Assembly: GCF_009914755.1 (NCBI RefSeq) | Contig: NC_060937.1 | Direction: 5' to 3' (one strand) | Source: the human T2T-CHM13v2.0 reference genome, Homo sapiens | DNA length: 64,000 bases | Shown here: positions 26,916-45,905 of the stretch, piece by piece | Numbering within the stretch: position 1 is the stretch's first letter | Layout of the letters: the number at the start of each line of letters is the position of its first letter | Made by a program: the position numbers and the translations under genes | Notes under the pieces: model-generated | The model's database searches: none | Told to the model about the DNA's origin: nothing | The model's input: only the letters and a program-made list of their open reading frames with translations

Positions 26916-27898
26916 ACTACCAAACAAACCAACAATAGAAAAAAAAATCACACTATCCAAAATTCAGTGCCAAACACTGTTTGGGAATGGAATATGTAAT
27001 TGAAGGAACACTAGAGACATGACTTTGGTCAAGTTGCATAACTGCTCTAAGTTTCAACTTGCCTATCTGCAATGGGAAAAATAATATTAACTCACGAGAT
27101 TATTAAGAGCATAAGTGAGAGAAAGCGAGAGAAAAATCATCACAGTTAGCACTGTGATTTTGTTTTCAGACCTCAGTTGTTACACAAGAGTGAATCACCC
27201 CAAAGAGAGTCAATTGTAACCATAACTCACTCGGTGGAACTAACCATCCACATTCATTCAGATGCCAACCCACTCATTTAGAGGCAACCATTGCATATAG
27301 AAATGCACATGCAGCCACATCCCATGCAGAGGATTCAGGAAGGAATTGTGGCCCTGGAAACTTCAAGTTTTATTTGCTGAAGAATCTTGCGTGGTGGAAG
27401 TTTTGCCTTTTTTGATAGCTCATTTAGAAAGGCATTGTGATCTCCAAGACCTATCATCTTTGCTTTCCACCTGGGATAATCATTATACTCGGCTTTATCA
27501 CATTCAACAAATGGTCCTTTTAGCTCCAGAACCCACCATCTTCAGTAACTCACATGTATGCACCTTGAGGCCATGCATTTGATTGATCTATCTTACAATA
27601 ATCTTAACCACAGTCAATACCAGTGATCTGTATAAGCAAGACATCATCACAAAGTAAATCTGTGTGCCCATGCCTGCCATCTGCAAATGCATGGGATTGA
27701 TTTTTTTAAGTCACTATGGAGATAAGTGATAAAATACAGGACATGCTTCCTCATTATTACAGAAAAATGAGTGCAAATGGCCTAATAATAGTGGCTAAAC
27801 AACATCATAATTATATTCCAATTACATCTGGAAATATATCCTCTGCTCTTGAGGCTTGCTTGTTTTTCTTATTTTCCCAGTCTTATGATCATTGACTT

Positions 27899-28120
27899 CA
27901 GGGGTTGGCAAACTTTTCCTGCAAAGGGCCAAGTCATAAATATTTTAAGCTTTGCTGGCCAAGCATCACAATCAAAGACATTACGAAGGTACTTATGTAA
28001 CCATTTTAAATGAAACCATTTAAAAATTTAAAAGTCATTCTTAGATCATGGGTCATAAGAAAAAAAAAAAGAACAGGTGCAGGCTGAACTGGCCCCCTAG
28101 CCATCATGTGCAAATCTCTG
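27899..28120. mobile_element. MER58 hAT-Charlie MITE
   Basis: TIR caggggttggcaaacttttcctgcaaagggcca...taaatattttaagctttgc; degenerate distal TIR tgtgcaaatctctg. Confidence 0.8.
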
Positions 28121-28699
28121 ATTTAGTTGCATGCGATTTGGCTTCAGAATTTAACACTAGTTGAATCCAGTTTTAAAGAGTTATTTTTTCTAAATTAATT
28201 AGAACATGACAACCTTTTGCTGTGTCTTGGTGATTTATTTTAGGATGAGAAGGGTTTAAACCTCTGACAAATCTTACTGGACTTATTCCAGTGGAATTAC
28301 TGGGAAATTGGAGTCCCTCTACTGTTTCTGTTGGAAATGTTTGTTACTTCAGTATTTTTGGTTTTCTTCCATAACCTATTTAACAGAAAACACATTTTCA
28401 TCAGTGCCTTTAGTCTTTCCCATACTTGGCATCCTTTTAGATCTTAAAAAAATAAAAAATTGTTGGGCTAATTAATTATAACTATTTTGTGAGCAGATAG
28501 AAACCAGCATTCGTTGGTGGATGTTGGCCTAAATTATTAGAATTCTTTTAACATATTAATATTTCTTAGATGAGTAGATATTTCTTTAGAGAAATGCCTT
28601 TTTGATATCCAGACTTTTCTCGAGGGAGAAATGTTCACAGGCAAACTTATTTTTTTTAACCTAAGTATTTAAAGTGAATGAGATAATTTTGTGTTCACT

Positions 28700-29915
28700 C
28701 TTTTTCCATATTTGGATCTCTACTCCAGTGTTTATTAATTCTTATTTATTCCCCTATTAATGTTTTCCCTTTTTGTTTTGTTTTGTTTTGTTTTGCAACC
28801 TGATGTGTTTAAGAATCTTTCCTACTCTAGAATCTTAAAGTTATTATCTTCCAATGACTTGTAATTTTCTTTTTAAAAATATTTTGGTCTTCAATACATT
28901 TAGAGTTTATTTTTCTGTATCATATTAGTTAGGTCCTAATTTTATCTTATTTTCCCACATGGAACTTGAATTATACCAACAGCATTTATTGAACAGCTTA
29001 TTATTTTATTTTGCTTGGATTGTCTTCTCAATTCTACATCAAGGAACTAGATATGCTTGGGTCTATTTCTGGACTCACTATTCTGTCCTAATTTTCTGTT
29101 TGTCTATTGTTAGATGATGGTGCATTGTCTTAATTATAATATACATCTCTATATTAATAAATTTTTGACATCTGGTAAGGGATGTCTCCCTTCCCTATTT
29201 TGCTTCTAAATACTTATCTTGATTATTATTTGACTTTTTTCATCCATACATATCTTAGAATATCTGCTTTATTTCATGGAAAGCACATTTGGAATTTCTA
29301 TTGGAATGACATTTATTTTGTCAATTAAGCTAGGGAGACTTATCTGTATGATATTGAGTCTTTGTGAACATGTATATTTTTCTACTTATTTAGATCTACT
29401 TTTATGCCCTTCAATAATGTCTTATAATTTTCCCCATAAAAGGTTTGTAGTTTTAGTATTAGATTCATTTTTAGATTTGTTTTTGTAACTATTCCCTATT
29501 ACATTTTCTTACTGTTTACTGCTTGTTTATAAGGCTGTTAATTTTTATGTTGATTAAATATCAACTGGCCTTCATTAAATCTCTCATTAGTTTTGATAGT
29601 TTGTACACATAGATGATCCAAGAGAATTTACAATCATCTTGTCAGGAAAAAAAATGTTAATTTTGTCTTCCCCTTTAGAGCATTCTATAGCTTCTGTGTT
29701 TTCTGTTATTATTGCACTGACTAGAAAAACCTATATATCGAATGGCAGGAATGACAGTAGACATACTTGTCTTTTTTCTTACTTTAATGGGAATCTTTTT
29801 ATTGTTTCATCATTAAAATTTATGTTTACTGTACATTTGGGAAAATATACTTTATCAAATAAGTGAAATTTATGAAATTTCCTTCAATCCTAGGTTTCTA
29901 GGAATTTTTAATCTT
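28700..29915 (-). mobile_element. Old L1 ORF2 fragment
   Basis: T-rich antisense ORF2 motifs (gggtctatttctggactc, catttattgaa, gacagtagacatacttgtc); continues at 32645-35000. Confidence 0.7.
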
Positions 29916-29919
29916 TTTT

Positions 29920-31270
<1,351 letters not shown>

Positions 31271-31784
31271 TATGTGCTGAGGCTAGAAGATCTTCAGCTA
31301 GAGGAAGAATTACTTTTCTAATTCAAACCAAGGAACTATTTGATACAGGATGTCTACTTCTTTCCTTAAACCTAGTAGAAGGACGATCAACAGGAGTACT
31401 CTGAGAGTTTGCTATGTGTCACCCGAAGTTAGCAGGACAGAGGAGGCTAATGTCTCATTCCCACCTAAAAAAAATCTAAGGGACTAAGATGGGCTGGCTT
31501 GCTGCTGACAGCTGAGGCTTCCAGGGTCAGCCTTCCTCCAAGAGTCAGTCAGGGCAAGCCCTGTTGTATGCAGGACAGAGTTGATGTGGGATTACCTTAG
31601 ATGATGCAAAACAGGACCACCTGAAGGGCACATGAATGTCAGCAGAAAAAAAGCTTAAGGTATGACAAGATTCCTAGGGCTACAAAAGGAGTAAGTGAGA
31701 AGCTGAAATAGAGACATGTCTATCTGCACCAAGAAAACTGCAGACAAGAGGTCTCTAGCAATAGGTAAAGGGAAGGCACTACTG

Positions 31785-31785
<1 letters not shown>

Positions 31786-31827
<42 letters not shown>
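31786..31827 (+). repeat. (CA)n microsatellite
   Basis: About 21 perfect AC units. Confidence 0.97.
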
Positions 31828-31829
<2 letters not shown>

Positions 31830-31982
31830 AAACCTCACAAGACAAAGCATTAGCTTTAAACATCCCTTACGTCCAGAGAGCACATGGCCAGGTTACAACA
31901 GTGACAGGCATAAAAAAGAATGCTAGGGTTCTCTTTATCTCCTCTTCTCACCCTACTTTCTCAACTTCAGATCGGCTATTAA

Positions 31983-32377
<395 letters not shown>

Positions 32378-33029
32378 TGAGTTTTAATATGAGACTTAAT
32401 ATCCAAATTTCTGAGTTGAGACAATATCCAAATTTCTGAGTTGAAATTATGTTTGATTTAGGGTTTTTAATTACCAAGGAATAATCAGAAAAAATCATGA
32501 GATTGCCTGAGTTTTTATCCAGGGAATGTTAAGCAATCCATCTCTCCAAACACACTTTAAAGGAACAGAGGGGAAAAAAGTAAAGATATTTTGTGATCAC
32601 ATCCTGTGATTCCTGCTTGTTTCATGTACTGGCTATACCAGTACTATATTTAGGATTTTTACATTTATGTTCATTGATAATATTAATCTTCAGTTTTCCT
32701 TTCTGATAATGTCTTTATCTGGTATCTTATCAAAGTTATAGTAGCCTCATAAGAGAAGGTAGGTAGCTTTTAATCTTTTAAAAAATGTTCTTAATTATAT
32801 AAAAGAAGCATTACCTGTTTCTTGAAGATTGGGCATAGTATTTTTCAGTGGGAGAAAATTCTTGACTACTGATTCAGTATCTCTAATAATTTTGGCTATA
32901 TTTAGGTCCTCTATTACTTTTTAAGTCAATTTTAATAATTTGTTTTTTTCAAAGAGTTTGCATTTCATGTAAATGTTTATCTTCATTGTCATAAAATTAG
33001 TCATAATTTGGGTAGGCATTATTAATGTT

Positions 33030-33395
33030 TGTCCATATTTCCCATTCTCTTCATCTCAGTGTGCTTTCAGAGGTATTCTATTTCCTCCCACCCCCCTGAC
33101 ATCAAGCCTGGCAGGCTGACTTTGTTTTTCCTGTGCTGTGTGAGAAGGAGTGGTGTATTGTCTCCATTTGCCAGTGTGTGGTTCATAGTGGGTGTATCAC
33201 TGTCTCCTACAGGGTGATCATGGAAGCAAATGTCAGAAGAGCAAAGCAACGTAGAACGCTCAGCCACCTCAGGAAGAACCTTGAAAAGTCACCTGGATAT
33301 ATTTTTGTGAACGTAAATCAGCTTTTGCTTTGTTAAGCTACTGAAGTCTTGGTATTGATTTTACTGCAGCACAAACTACCTTAGCTTGACTAATA
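33030..33395 (+). mobile_element. MaLR LTR (MLT1I/J-like)
   Basis: 3' end ttgttaagctactgaagt...ttactgcagcacaaacta...ttgactaata. Confidence 0.6.
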
Positions 33396-33528
33396 ATGTC
33401 TTTCCTTTTCTTGCATTTCATTTCTTTACATTCATACTAGGGCCTTCTCTCTCTTTTTCTTAATACATGTTTTTAGAGATTTACTAACTTTTTAATTAGT
33501 CTCTTTGAGCGTTTTTATGGCAGGTTAA

Positions 33529-33867
<339 letters not shown>

Positions 33868-34128
33868 TAGGTTAACTCTAAATATTATTTTTCTCATTGC
33901 TTTTTAGTTCTATCTTTATTATTTTCTTTGTTCTGATTTGTGTTTACTCCACTGTTCCTGCTGTAGCTTCTAGAGTTGAATATTTAACTGGCTTATGTTT
34001 AATTTTTCTTGCTTTTTAAAATGTTTATAAATATACCTTCAAAGCTATAAATTTTCTCTTAAGTACTGCTTACCTATATCCTACCAGTTTAAAAAACTTT
34101 CTTTGGAAATTATTTTTAAGAAATTCAT

Positions 34129-34421
34129 GGCTGTGGCTCATGCCTGTAATCCCAGCACTTTGGGAGGTTGAGCCAGGAGTTTAAGACCAGCCTGGGCAAC
34201 AAAGGGAGACCCTGTCTCTACAAAAAATCAGCTGGGCGTGGTGGCATGTGCCTGTAGTCTCACCTACTTGAGAGGCTGAGGAAGGTGGATCGTTTGATCC
34301 TAAGAGGTTAAGCCTACAGTGAGCTGTGTTTGAATCACTGCTCTCCAGGCTGGGTGACAGAGCAAGACCCTGTCTCAAAGAAAAGGGAAAAAAAAAAAAG
34401 AAAGAGAAAGAGAAAAAGAGA
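34129..34421 (+). mobile_element. AluJ with left-arm deletion
   Basis: ccaggagtttaagaccagcctgggcaac; A/GA tail; TSD aagaaattcat on both sides. Confidence 0.9.
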
Positions 34422-35489
34422 AAGAAATTCATAGTTTCCACTGTGATTTACTCTTTCCCATCTTTTATTGACTGATAATGAATCTAATTGCATTGTAGCC
34501 AAAGGACATGGGCTATAGGTTATAACCTGGATTCTTAAGAGCTTAAAACAGTCATTTTCAAAACTTTTCATGGATGTTTGAAAGGGACATATATTCTCTA
34601 TTTAGTAGTTCCATAACTTATAGGCAACAATAGATTAAGTTTGGGACTTGAATTGATTGAATCTCCTGTGTCCTTACTAAATGATCCTACTTGATCTTAA
34701 TTTCTGAGAGAAATATGTTTAAATCTTCCTACACGACTATAGATATATCAATTTCTATTCTGTGTGATTTTGCTTTATGCATACAATTTCATGAGAATTC
34801 TATATTTTGGCAGATTGTTCTTTTATCATTAGTAGTGTCTTTCTTTAACTCTAGTAATACTTTTGCCTTTACTTTTCCCTGATAATAATAGTTATATCTT
34901 TGTCTATGTTCCAGATATGTCTTTTTTTACATATCTTTATTGCCTTTCTGTTTTATTTTTCCTTAAGTTTGATAAAAAGCATGGTAGAGCTGGATTAAAA
35001 AAAATCATCTGATAGAATTTTCCCTTTCCTATAGACTTGCTGTTATTAATTTTAAACAAAAATAAAAGTGGTATAATGAATTCCACAAGCTCATCACCCA
35101 GACGCAACACTGATAGGTTTTCCATATTGTTTCATCTATCCATTCCACATACTACTTTCTTTCTTGTCCTTGTCCTTCTTCACTTTCTCGTCCTCATCCT
35201 TCTTTTGTGTGAGTTTTTAAAACAAATTCTACTGCTAACTAATAAGGATTTTTCCCTCAAGCATAACCTTGACTCCATCATCAAATCTGAAGAAAAAAAA
35301 ACAATTATTTTTAAACAATATATAATAGTCTGTATTCAAATTTCCCAAATTGCCTTGAATTTATTTAAGAATGTTTATTAAGGTTGTCAAATAGGAGATT
35401 ACTTTATAAAAATTAGCAGTAGTCATATATATATATATTTATATACATGCATCAGCTACAACCAATATTTTTGTCAAAGAAAACAGTAC

Positions 35490-37280
<1,791 letters not shown>

Positions 37281-38274
37281 AAAATGATTAATTTCCTGGG
37301 TTGCCTGGAATTTCTTAATTTATATTTCCATAGAACATATGTCATACCCTTAGGACCTCCCAGGAACCATCACTAATTAAGGCTTTTTAATAGGCCAACT
37401 GTAAGTGCTGATTTTCATTATTTATTTCCTAATTTATGCTGCTTTCCAGCAAGAAAATTGTCATGTTATTTAGCAAAGAAGACATTCATCCCTCTCCTTG
37501 AAACTGTTGGATATGGAAGTTCCTAAACTGTTTACCACCAGGGATGCCTTTTAGAATATGTTTTTCATTAGCCCTTAAGTATTTGAAAGATGCTGTCTAG
37601 CAAACAAATCATATTTATAAAGTAAAAAAATAGACTTCTATTTTTTATTAATTTGATGTAATATTTGCTCTTAGCCTTAAAAATTAACTGATCACCATGC
37701 ACAATCATGTTTGATTAATCTAATTCCAATCAAAATCAAAGGAATACGACATTTCAGTTATTCTGTGAAATCTTACTGAGGGGGAGTGTATGATGCTTCT
37801 TTCTTTTTAAACAATATTGAAAACAACTTTTGGACTCATTATTTCTTAACAGAATCTTGTGGAAAAGACTACTAGTATACTGCAACCACTTGAGCCTTGC
37901 TTTTCATTGCATTTTTAATTGCAAATCTTAAGGCATTCAATACCAAAGTGTTTTCTTTCCCAAGCCGAGAATGTGAACCCCCATTTTTCTTCATGTATAT
38001 TAACATTTTAAGTGGAAATTTTGATTTATGAGTCTCAAACCCTGAAAATAAATTGGTACCTATTCAGCAAATCAAACCATCATTTACAAAATTACTTTGT
38101 TCTTGAAAGAGGTATGTCAACAATCCCAGTACCTAGAAGTAATTGAGAGTGTTTTGTTTCTCTTTGAGAATAACGGTGAGTGACAACTTTATGAAAAAGC
38201 TACCAAGGGTGTTCTTATCTACCTAAATTCTAATGCCTTAAAATAGAAGATATTAAAATTATGTAAAAAAAGTC

Positions 38275-38640
38275 TATTTAATAAACATATCTTGAGCTTC
38301 ATCTAATGAGCCACAGAACATTCTGAGATACAGGTGGGGATATGATAGATGCAAACCCTGTTCTTGTGTATATTACATGAAACAAATAATAATACAAATA
38401 AGCATGGTATAAATTGCTACAATATATAGGAAAATTATAACAAATTGCAACATGAAGGGAAAATATAGTGTGCAATGAGGGATTATAACAAGACAGCCTA
38501 ATTTAAATGGATCAGAAGGCCCCAAGGAAGTGTCATTTAAGCAAACGTTTTAAGTGGTAGTAGATTTCAGTTGGAGATGGACAGGGGTGGGAGGGATTTC
38601 CAGGCAGAAGAAATAGAACCTTTGAATGCTGCATGGTGCA
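38275..38640 (-). mobile_element. L2 3' fragment
   Basis: tttaataaacatatcttgagc...aaggaagtgtcatttaagc...ttccaggcagaagaaatag. Confidence 0.55.
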
Positions 38641-39429
38641 AACAAGCTTTCTTTACCCGCTCTGTGCCCTCACCTAGAGCACAAGAGCCAGATGGGTACT
38701 TAGGGGACCTCAGGAGATATGAAACAATTACAGTGAATTTATTTCTGTTAGGGTTGTATTTGCCAAAATGATTTCAGCAAAGGGTGACTCACTTACAGTA
38801 AACATTTTCCTTTTGACAGTATCTTAAATTAGATTCTGAAGAAGGACGTGACAAAAGAAGACTAAGTAACCTGCTTCAGCCACAAAGAATGCACAAACTC
38901 CTTAGTGCACACTGTGTTAAAAAGCAAAACCCATTAGCTTCAGGAAAAACAGAAAACCAATCATGATGATAAAAAATTTAAATATAACTATTTCTTTTCC
39001 TCGTATATTACTAGTGAGCCACACAGGTATTCACTTTCAAATCATCACTACCAGAAAGGTCTCATGATTCATTTGTGTGTTCATTTCCATTTCTTATTTT
39101 GACTAAGGAAATGAAATGAAAACATTCGGTTGTCAGCTTCATTCTGGTTCATCATTGCCTCTGGAGTACTCTGAGGATGACGTAGTTTCCTTAGCACCAG
39201 CTAAAGCATCCTCTTTAGGAAGGACATGACCCTAATTATAGATGTCACATATCTTCAATTTAAAAGTTAAATTACAGAGATCAGTGCTAATATTTATAAA
39301 AGAAAAGCAGCACAAAGCTAATGCAAGTAATATTTTCAGTGTATGGTATTTAAAAGACACTTCCTCATCCCCTGAAAACCTCAATAGACTTTACTGTCCC
39401 ACACTTGAGCCATTTATAGCACACTGTTC

Positions 39430-39584
39430 ACTTCCTGAGAGAGGAGTAACTCTGCTAAGCCATAGGAGTATTCCCTGGTTAAGGAAAGGTTTACTAAAGA
39501 GAACTTCCTGAGAGAGGAGTAACTCTGCTAAGCCATAGGGGTATTCCCTGGTTAAGGAATGGTTTACTAAAGAGAACTTTCTGA
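39430..39584 (+). repeat. 73-bp tandem duplication (about 2.1 copies)
   Basis: acttcctgagagaggagtaactctg...ctaaagaga at 39430 and 39503, two mismatches. Confidence 0.95.
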
Positions 39585-40199
39585 AATGTATATGTGCTTT
39601 CTAGTGGGATTCAGTCTTACCATTCCTCATACCTCACTTTAGACAGTTAATCTCCTTTTTAGACAAATAAGTTGCCAGATATATTTAAGGCTGGGAACCT
39701 AAGACCTTATAAGGCACACAGAAAGAAACATCCTTCTCAACTGTTGCTATGCTGTTGTTGCACTCCCTGGGGAGTTCATAAATTAATTGCAAAATATCTA
39801 CAAATGTAACATAGGCAAAGTACGTATTTTGCACATAGATATACACTACTATTTTTCCAATGTGCATAGGCCACAGCGATAAAATACATTGCCATTTTCA
39901 ATAATTACTGAATTCATAATATTCTATTTTTTCAAACAATATGTAGAAGGAACATTATTATTATGTCATCAATTCTGATGATCCAAATATTTAGAAATTA
40001 GTACAGTACTACATGTTGAGTTGATTGATTATAGCAGTATTTTTTTCAGGTTTTGATCACACAGCACTAACAGTTTTTAAAAAAACTGAGCTCATACAAC
40101 TTAATATATGTATATTAATAGACAACATACATGCACTGCTATACATATATATTATATAATATATACACATACATGTTGTATATACACACACATATATAC

Positions 40200-41470
<1,271 letters not shown>

Positions 41471-41820
41471 TAGTGATGTGCCACATAATAACATTTCAAT
41501 CAATGAAGAACCACTATAAGACAGTGGCCCCAAAAATTATAATACTGTATTTTTACTGTACCTTTTCTATGTTTAGATATGTTTAGAGACACAAATATTT
41601 ACCATTGTGTAATAATTGCCTACAGTATTCAGTACAGTAAAATGCTGTACAGTTTTGTAGCCTAGGAGCAATGGTGTTTAACACTAGGTGTTTAGTAGGC
41701 TGCACCATCTAGTGTGTAAGTATACATCATAGAGTGTAAGTATACTCTGATGTTCACATAATGACAAAATCACCTAATGCATTTCTCAAAATGTATCTTT
41801 CTCGTTAAGTGATGTGTGAT
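41471..41820 (+). mobile_element. Tigger3a-like (MER7A) MITE
   Basis: TIR-like start tagtgatgtgccacataataacatttc and end tcgttaagtgatgtgtgat. Confidence 0.8.
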
Positions 41821-44134
41821 AATATATATATAATATTATATATAATGTGCTTTATAAAAGTTCTGTAAGAGGAAGTTTAAAACAATTGGCTAAAAATAAA
41901 TGTATGTGTTAAAAATTTCTTCCAGCACCCCTGAAATCTGGTGGCTTCGTTTTGTAAGATCATTGACAGAAAGAGGGAAAGATATTTAAGGGCTGTCTAT
42001 AGAAATAAGTGGAATTATGTCATCACTTCCTGGGAGAAACTGTACAGGTCAGTCAGACCTTGTGTAGAGGGCTGTTGGTTACTGCTGACTTGTTCAATTT
42101 TTTACTGACTCTGGCCTTTAATACAGCAATAAATCACAAAGTCACACATCCACATTGTCTTACCTGCTAAACATATCAGCACTGCTGGAAAGAATTATAT
42201 GCTGGAAAAGGCAAAAACTACTGTCCGGGTGCCCCATAAAAACTGACCTGTATTTGGAGCAACCTTGGCAGCCTGCTGCACCCTTTGATTGCTGTTCACA
42301 CTTGACCATGGCTATAAGGGCTGGGTCTGTTATAGACACGGCAGAGTGAGCAGTGTGTGCTTAAACTGGTCTCAATGAAGACACACTAGGGCTGAGAGGG
42401 ACATGCCTGGCATGATCTCATACTATGAAATTTCTTACAAGGACACTAAATCCGGTTGGTATAAATTTGATTTATCCATTTTCAAGTTTTGGAGAGAGGG
42501 AACTATTTTATAACCTTCAAGAAACTTGACAGTGGTGTTATGGGGGTGTTCCTAGTTGTAGAATGCAAGGAGCTATCACTAGATGGGGGTGGGGGTGGGG
42601 AGGTTGAAAAGCCAGGGGACCAGGAAAAAGGGAACCTGCTGCAGAGGTTAGCCACAGAGGCAGCCAGGAAGATGAAAGTTTTGAAAGCTGATTCACCAGG
42701 ACGAGTGGACTCTTCCAAAGAGTTTGACCCAACGTATGGACCAGAGGAGGAAAATGACTTAGAAGCAGGAGTCTTAAGATAAGAAGGCTCTTCTTTTTGA
42801 TATGGTCAGGGTAAAGGTCAAAACAATGGGAAAATGAGAATACCCAAGTAAGATCCCTAGCTAGTCTTTTCTGGCTGGCGTTGGAGCTATGCCAGGCTTG
42901 CAAAAAAGCTTGGGAAGACAGGAAGCAAATAGACTTTCTCATGTTGGTTTGTCACCAAATAGGGATGGTAACTGCTAATGTTATGGGAACTGTGATCACT
43001 AGGGGATACAGCAGGAAATAACTCCTCATTTGCAGATCACAGCCACTGCCACATGCAACTGACCTCAGACTCAAGGGTGAAAAATTGGGTTTGTCAGGGA
43101 AGGCCAAGTTATATCTGCTAGAAAGAGTTTGCATGCTTAGAGATTAGGGCTCCTGAGCGATTACCTAGGTTCTGTTTCACGCCTTCTGGGCATTCTTTAA
43201 ACTCAAAGAGCCAAGAGAAAGATAAGACTAAGGAAGATAAAAGAACTGACTTGGAAAAGGTCTGGCACTTCACAACAGATCCTGTCCTCAGTGGGAAGTG
43301 ACAAAATCTCTCGGTAGGCAGAAATGTTGGGACCACTCAACAGGGGAATCGTAACATTTAGGACAATGAAACAACACATATTAGGACAAAATTGGCCGTC
43401 AAAAAATAGCTTCTCAATGCTTCTAAAGAAGTGGATGCAAATTTTCAAATAATTACTGGTTTTTATGTATCAGGATTTAGCCTTAGTGAACAAATCTAAA
43501 GAAATTTAATTAAAGGAATTAGATGCTTACAGAACCCTTAAAGGCTGAGTATGGAGGATTAACTCCAAGAATAATACCACAGAGCTGCTCCTCTGGGATA
43601 AGAACTACCTCTAGCACCATCAGGGAGGGTGGGAGTCAGGAAGTTGCAAGAGCAACTGATGACCACAAGACCATCATGTCTCAGCCACAATCTAGGAAGC
43701 AAGGACCCAACTCCAAAACTGTTAGCTCCAGAATGACACCTAACCTCCCAGACTACCTCAGAAACACAGGTGCTTGTACGCCTTTTTCTCTTCATTTGAC
43801 TTGGTTTCCAATTTGAATCATGCACAGGTACATCTGAATGGGAGAAGTCAAATCATTTAATATAATTAGAGCTTTTAATATTTTGCCTGATTTTTGTAGG
43901 AAAAATTATATAAGTAAAAGGAATATTATTATTCTGGTAGTGTTATAGTGTTTTAATAACAAATACATTAAAGAAAAATTAAAATGACAGTAACAAAACC
44001 ACACTTAAAATTGTCCTTAATTAAAAATATGAAAAATAAAGAGATATAAGTAGGGTGTGGGGAATATTGAGTGAGAATTATCAAATAGGGGGATGATTAT
44101 TTTATAGGAGGTAAAGCTCCAACTAGAATTTTAA

Positions 44135-44521
<387 letters not shown>

Positions 44522-44938
44522 AACAGGTTTTATCTGTCAATAACTCTGGGCAATGCACTGCTGGCAATAGATCATGTGATTACACATTTGCATCACCTTG
44601 CCTGCTTTTCTCATCACATGTGGGCTGAAAGGAGTCATGGAATGAAAAAGGCAAAAACTTGCCCTTCTAGTATTTGTAGAAAAAAAATATATAATAAAAG
44701 CATCAGTATTCTTCTGGTAATATTATAGTGTTACGTTGTAACGGCAAATAAATACAAAGAAAAATTAAACAAAATGACAGTGACAAAACTATAGAAGAAG
44801 TTCTCTTTAATTAAAAATATGACTTTTTTTGTTATATCTTTATATCTATCCCTGGGTTTCAAGCATTACATAGTACCAAAGTCTTCAGTATGGCCAGAGT
44901 GGAGGAGAAAAAAAAACTCAACAAAAATGCTTGCCACT

Positions 44939-45375
44939 TGGAGTGGATGCAGGAGTGGGCCATACAAGTCCCACCTTCTGGATCAAGGCAATTATTCCCC
45001 CAGTGGCCAGGAGTATTAACTAGAGACTTCCTCTTTGGGAATTGCCCTCCAGTGAAGGCAGCTGCCTTGCCCAAGGTCCTACCCTTTCCGGGGGTGTGAC
45101 TGGCAGTCCACATGCAATGACTGGTAGATTCAGTTATACAAAAGTCTGACCTCCTTGCCTCAATTCTGGACAAATCTGAAAGACCATCCCAGCTTCAGAA
45201 TTCCCCATGGAATTGGCTGTAGTCTCTGTTGCAACCACCTTGCAGTTTTCCCCTTGCATTCTTCCCTATCTTGCCACCTTGCTTTCTTACAAATATTCCC
45301 AAGAGCACCCCCAATAACTCCAGCAATCCGATCTTCAACTCAGAGTCTGGTTCCCTGAGAATTCCATTGAAGATA
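44939..45375 (+). mobile_element. Solo ERVL LTR (LTR16C-like)
   Basis: gggaattgccctc..gaaggcagctgccttgcccaaggtc...ttgcctcaattc...ccaagagcacccccaataa...ctcagagtctg; same family as 6838 and 11718 LTRs, opposite strand. Confidence 0.82.
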
Positions 45376-45633
45376 TTACACAAAACTCAGGATCGTTTTA
45401 GTGATGTCAAAGCTTCAAGAAGACAAAACATGAATCTCCGCACATGGCTCTAGATAATATATCTTTATCCCATTCAGAATATTCTATTGTATCTGAAGGG
45501 TTGGCTGAGTTACCCCACCAGGGTATATTTAAAGAAGAAACAGAAATTGGGAGGAAAGAAATATGAGTGAGCACCAAGAAGTCGACTGTCAGCTTCAGAT
45601 TAAGAGGCCATAGCTCTTTTAAAAACAAGAACC

Positions 45634-45905
45634 AGCCAGGCACAATGGCCCACGCCTGTAATCCCAGCACTTTGGGAGGCCGAGGCAGGTGGGTCATGAG
45701 GTCAAGAGATCAAGACCATCCTGGCCAACGTGGTGAAACCCTGTTTCTACTAAAAATACAAAAATTAGCTGGGCATAGTGCCGCGTACCTGTAATCCCAG
45801 TTACTCGGGAGGCTGAGGCAGGATAATCGCTTGAACCTGGGAAGTGGAGGTTGCAGTCCAGCCTGGTGACAGAACGAGACTCCATCTCAAAAACAAACAA
45901 ACAAA
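45634..45905 (+). mobile_element. Alu (AluSc-like) with right-arm deletion
   Basis: gaggtcaagagatcaagaccatcctggcc; ggttgcagt joins directly to ccagcctgg; TSD caagaacca. Confidence 0.93.

Noticed and set aside
32398-32444. 25-bp tandem duplication (also a 21-bp one at 60551-60592)
   Set aside because: Real, but commonplace slippage events inside decayed repeats
38820-38866. Plus-strand micro-exon (ttttccttttgacag|YLKLDSEEGRDKRRL|gtaacc)
   Set aside because: Weak donor and no partner exons found; the overlapping minus-strand signals are stronger
39430-39584. Direct repeats as a CRISPR-like array
   Set aside because: Two abutting copies with no spacers, in primate DNA
42489-42942. Overlapping 97- and 134-aa ORFs
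   Set aside because: No homology I recognise and no convincing exon structure; probably decayed repeat or unique non-coding DNA
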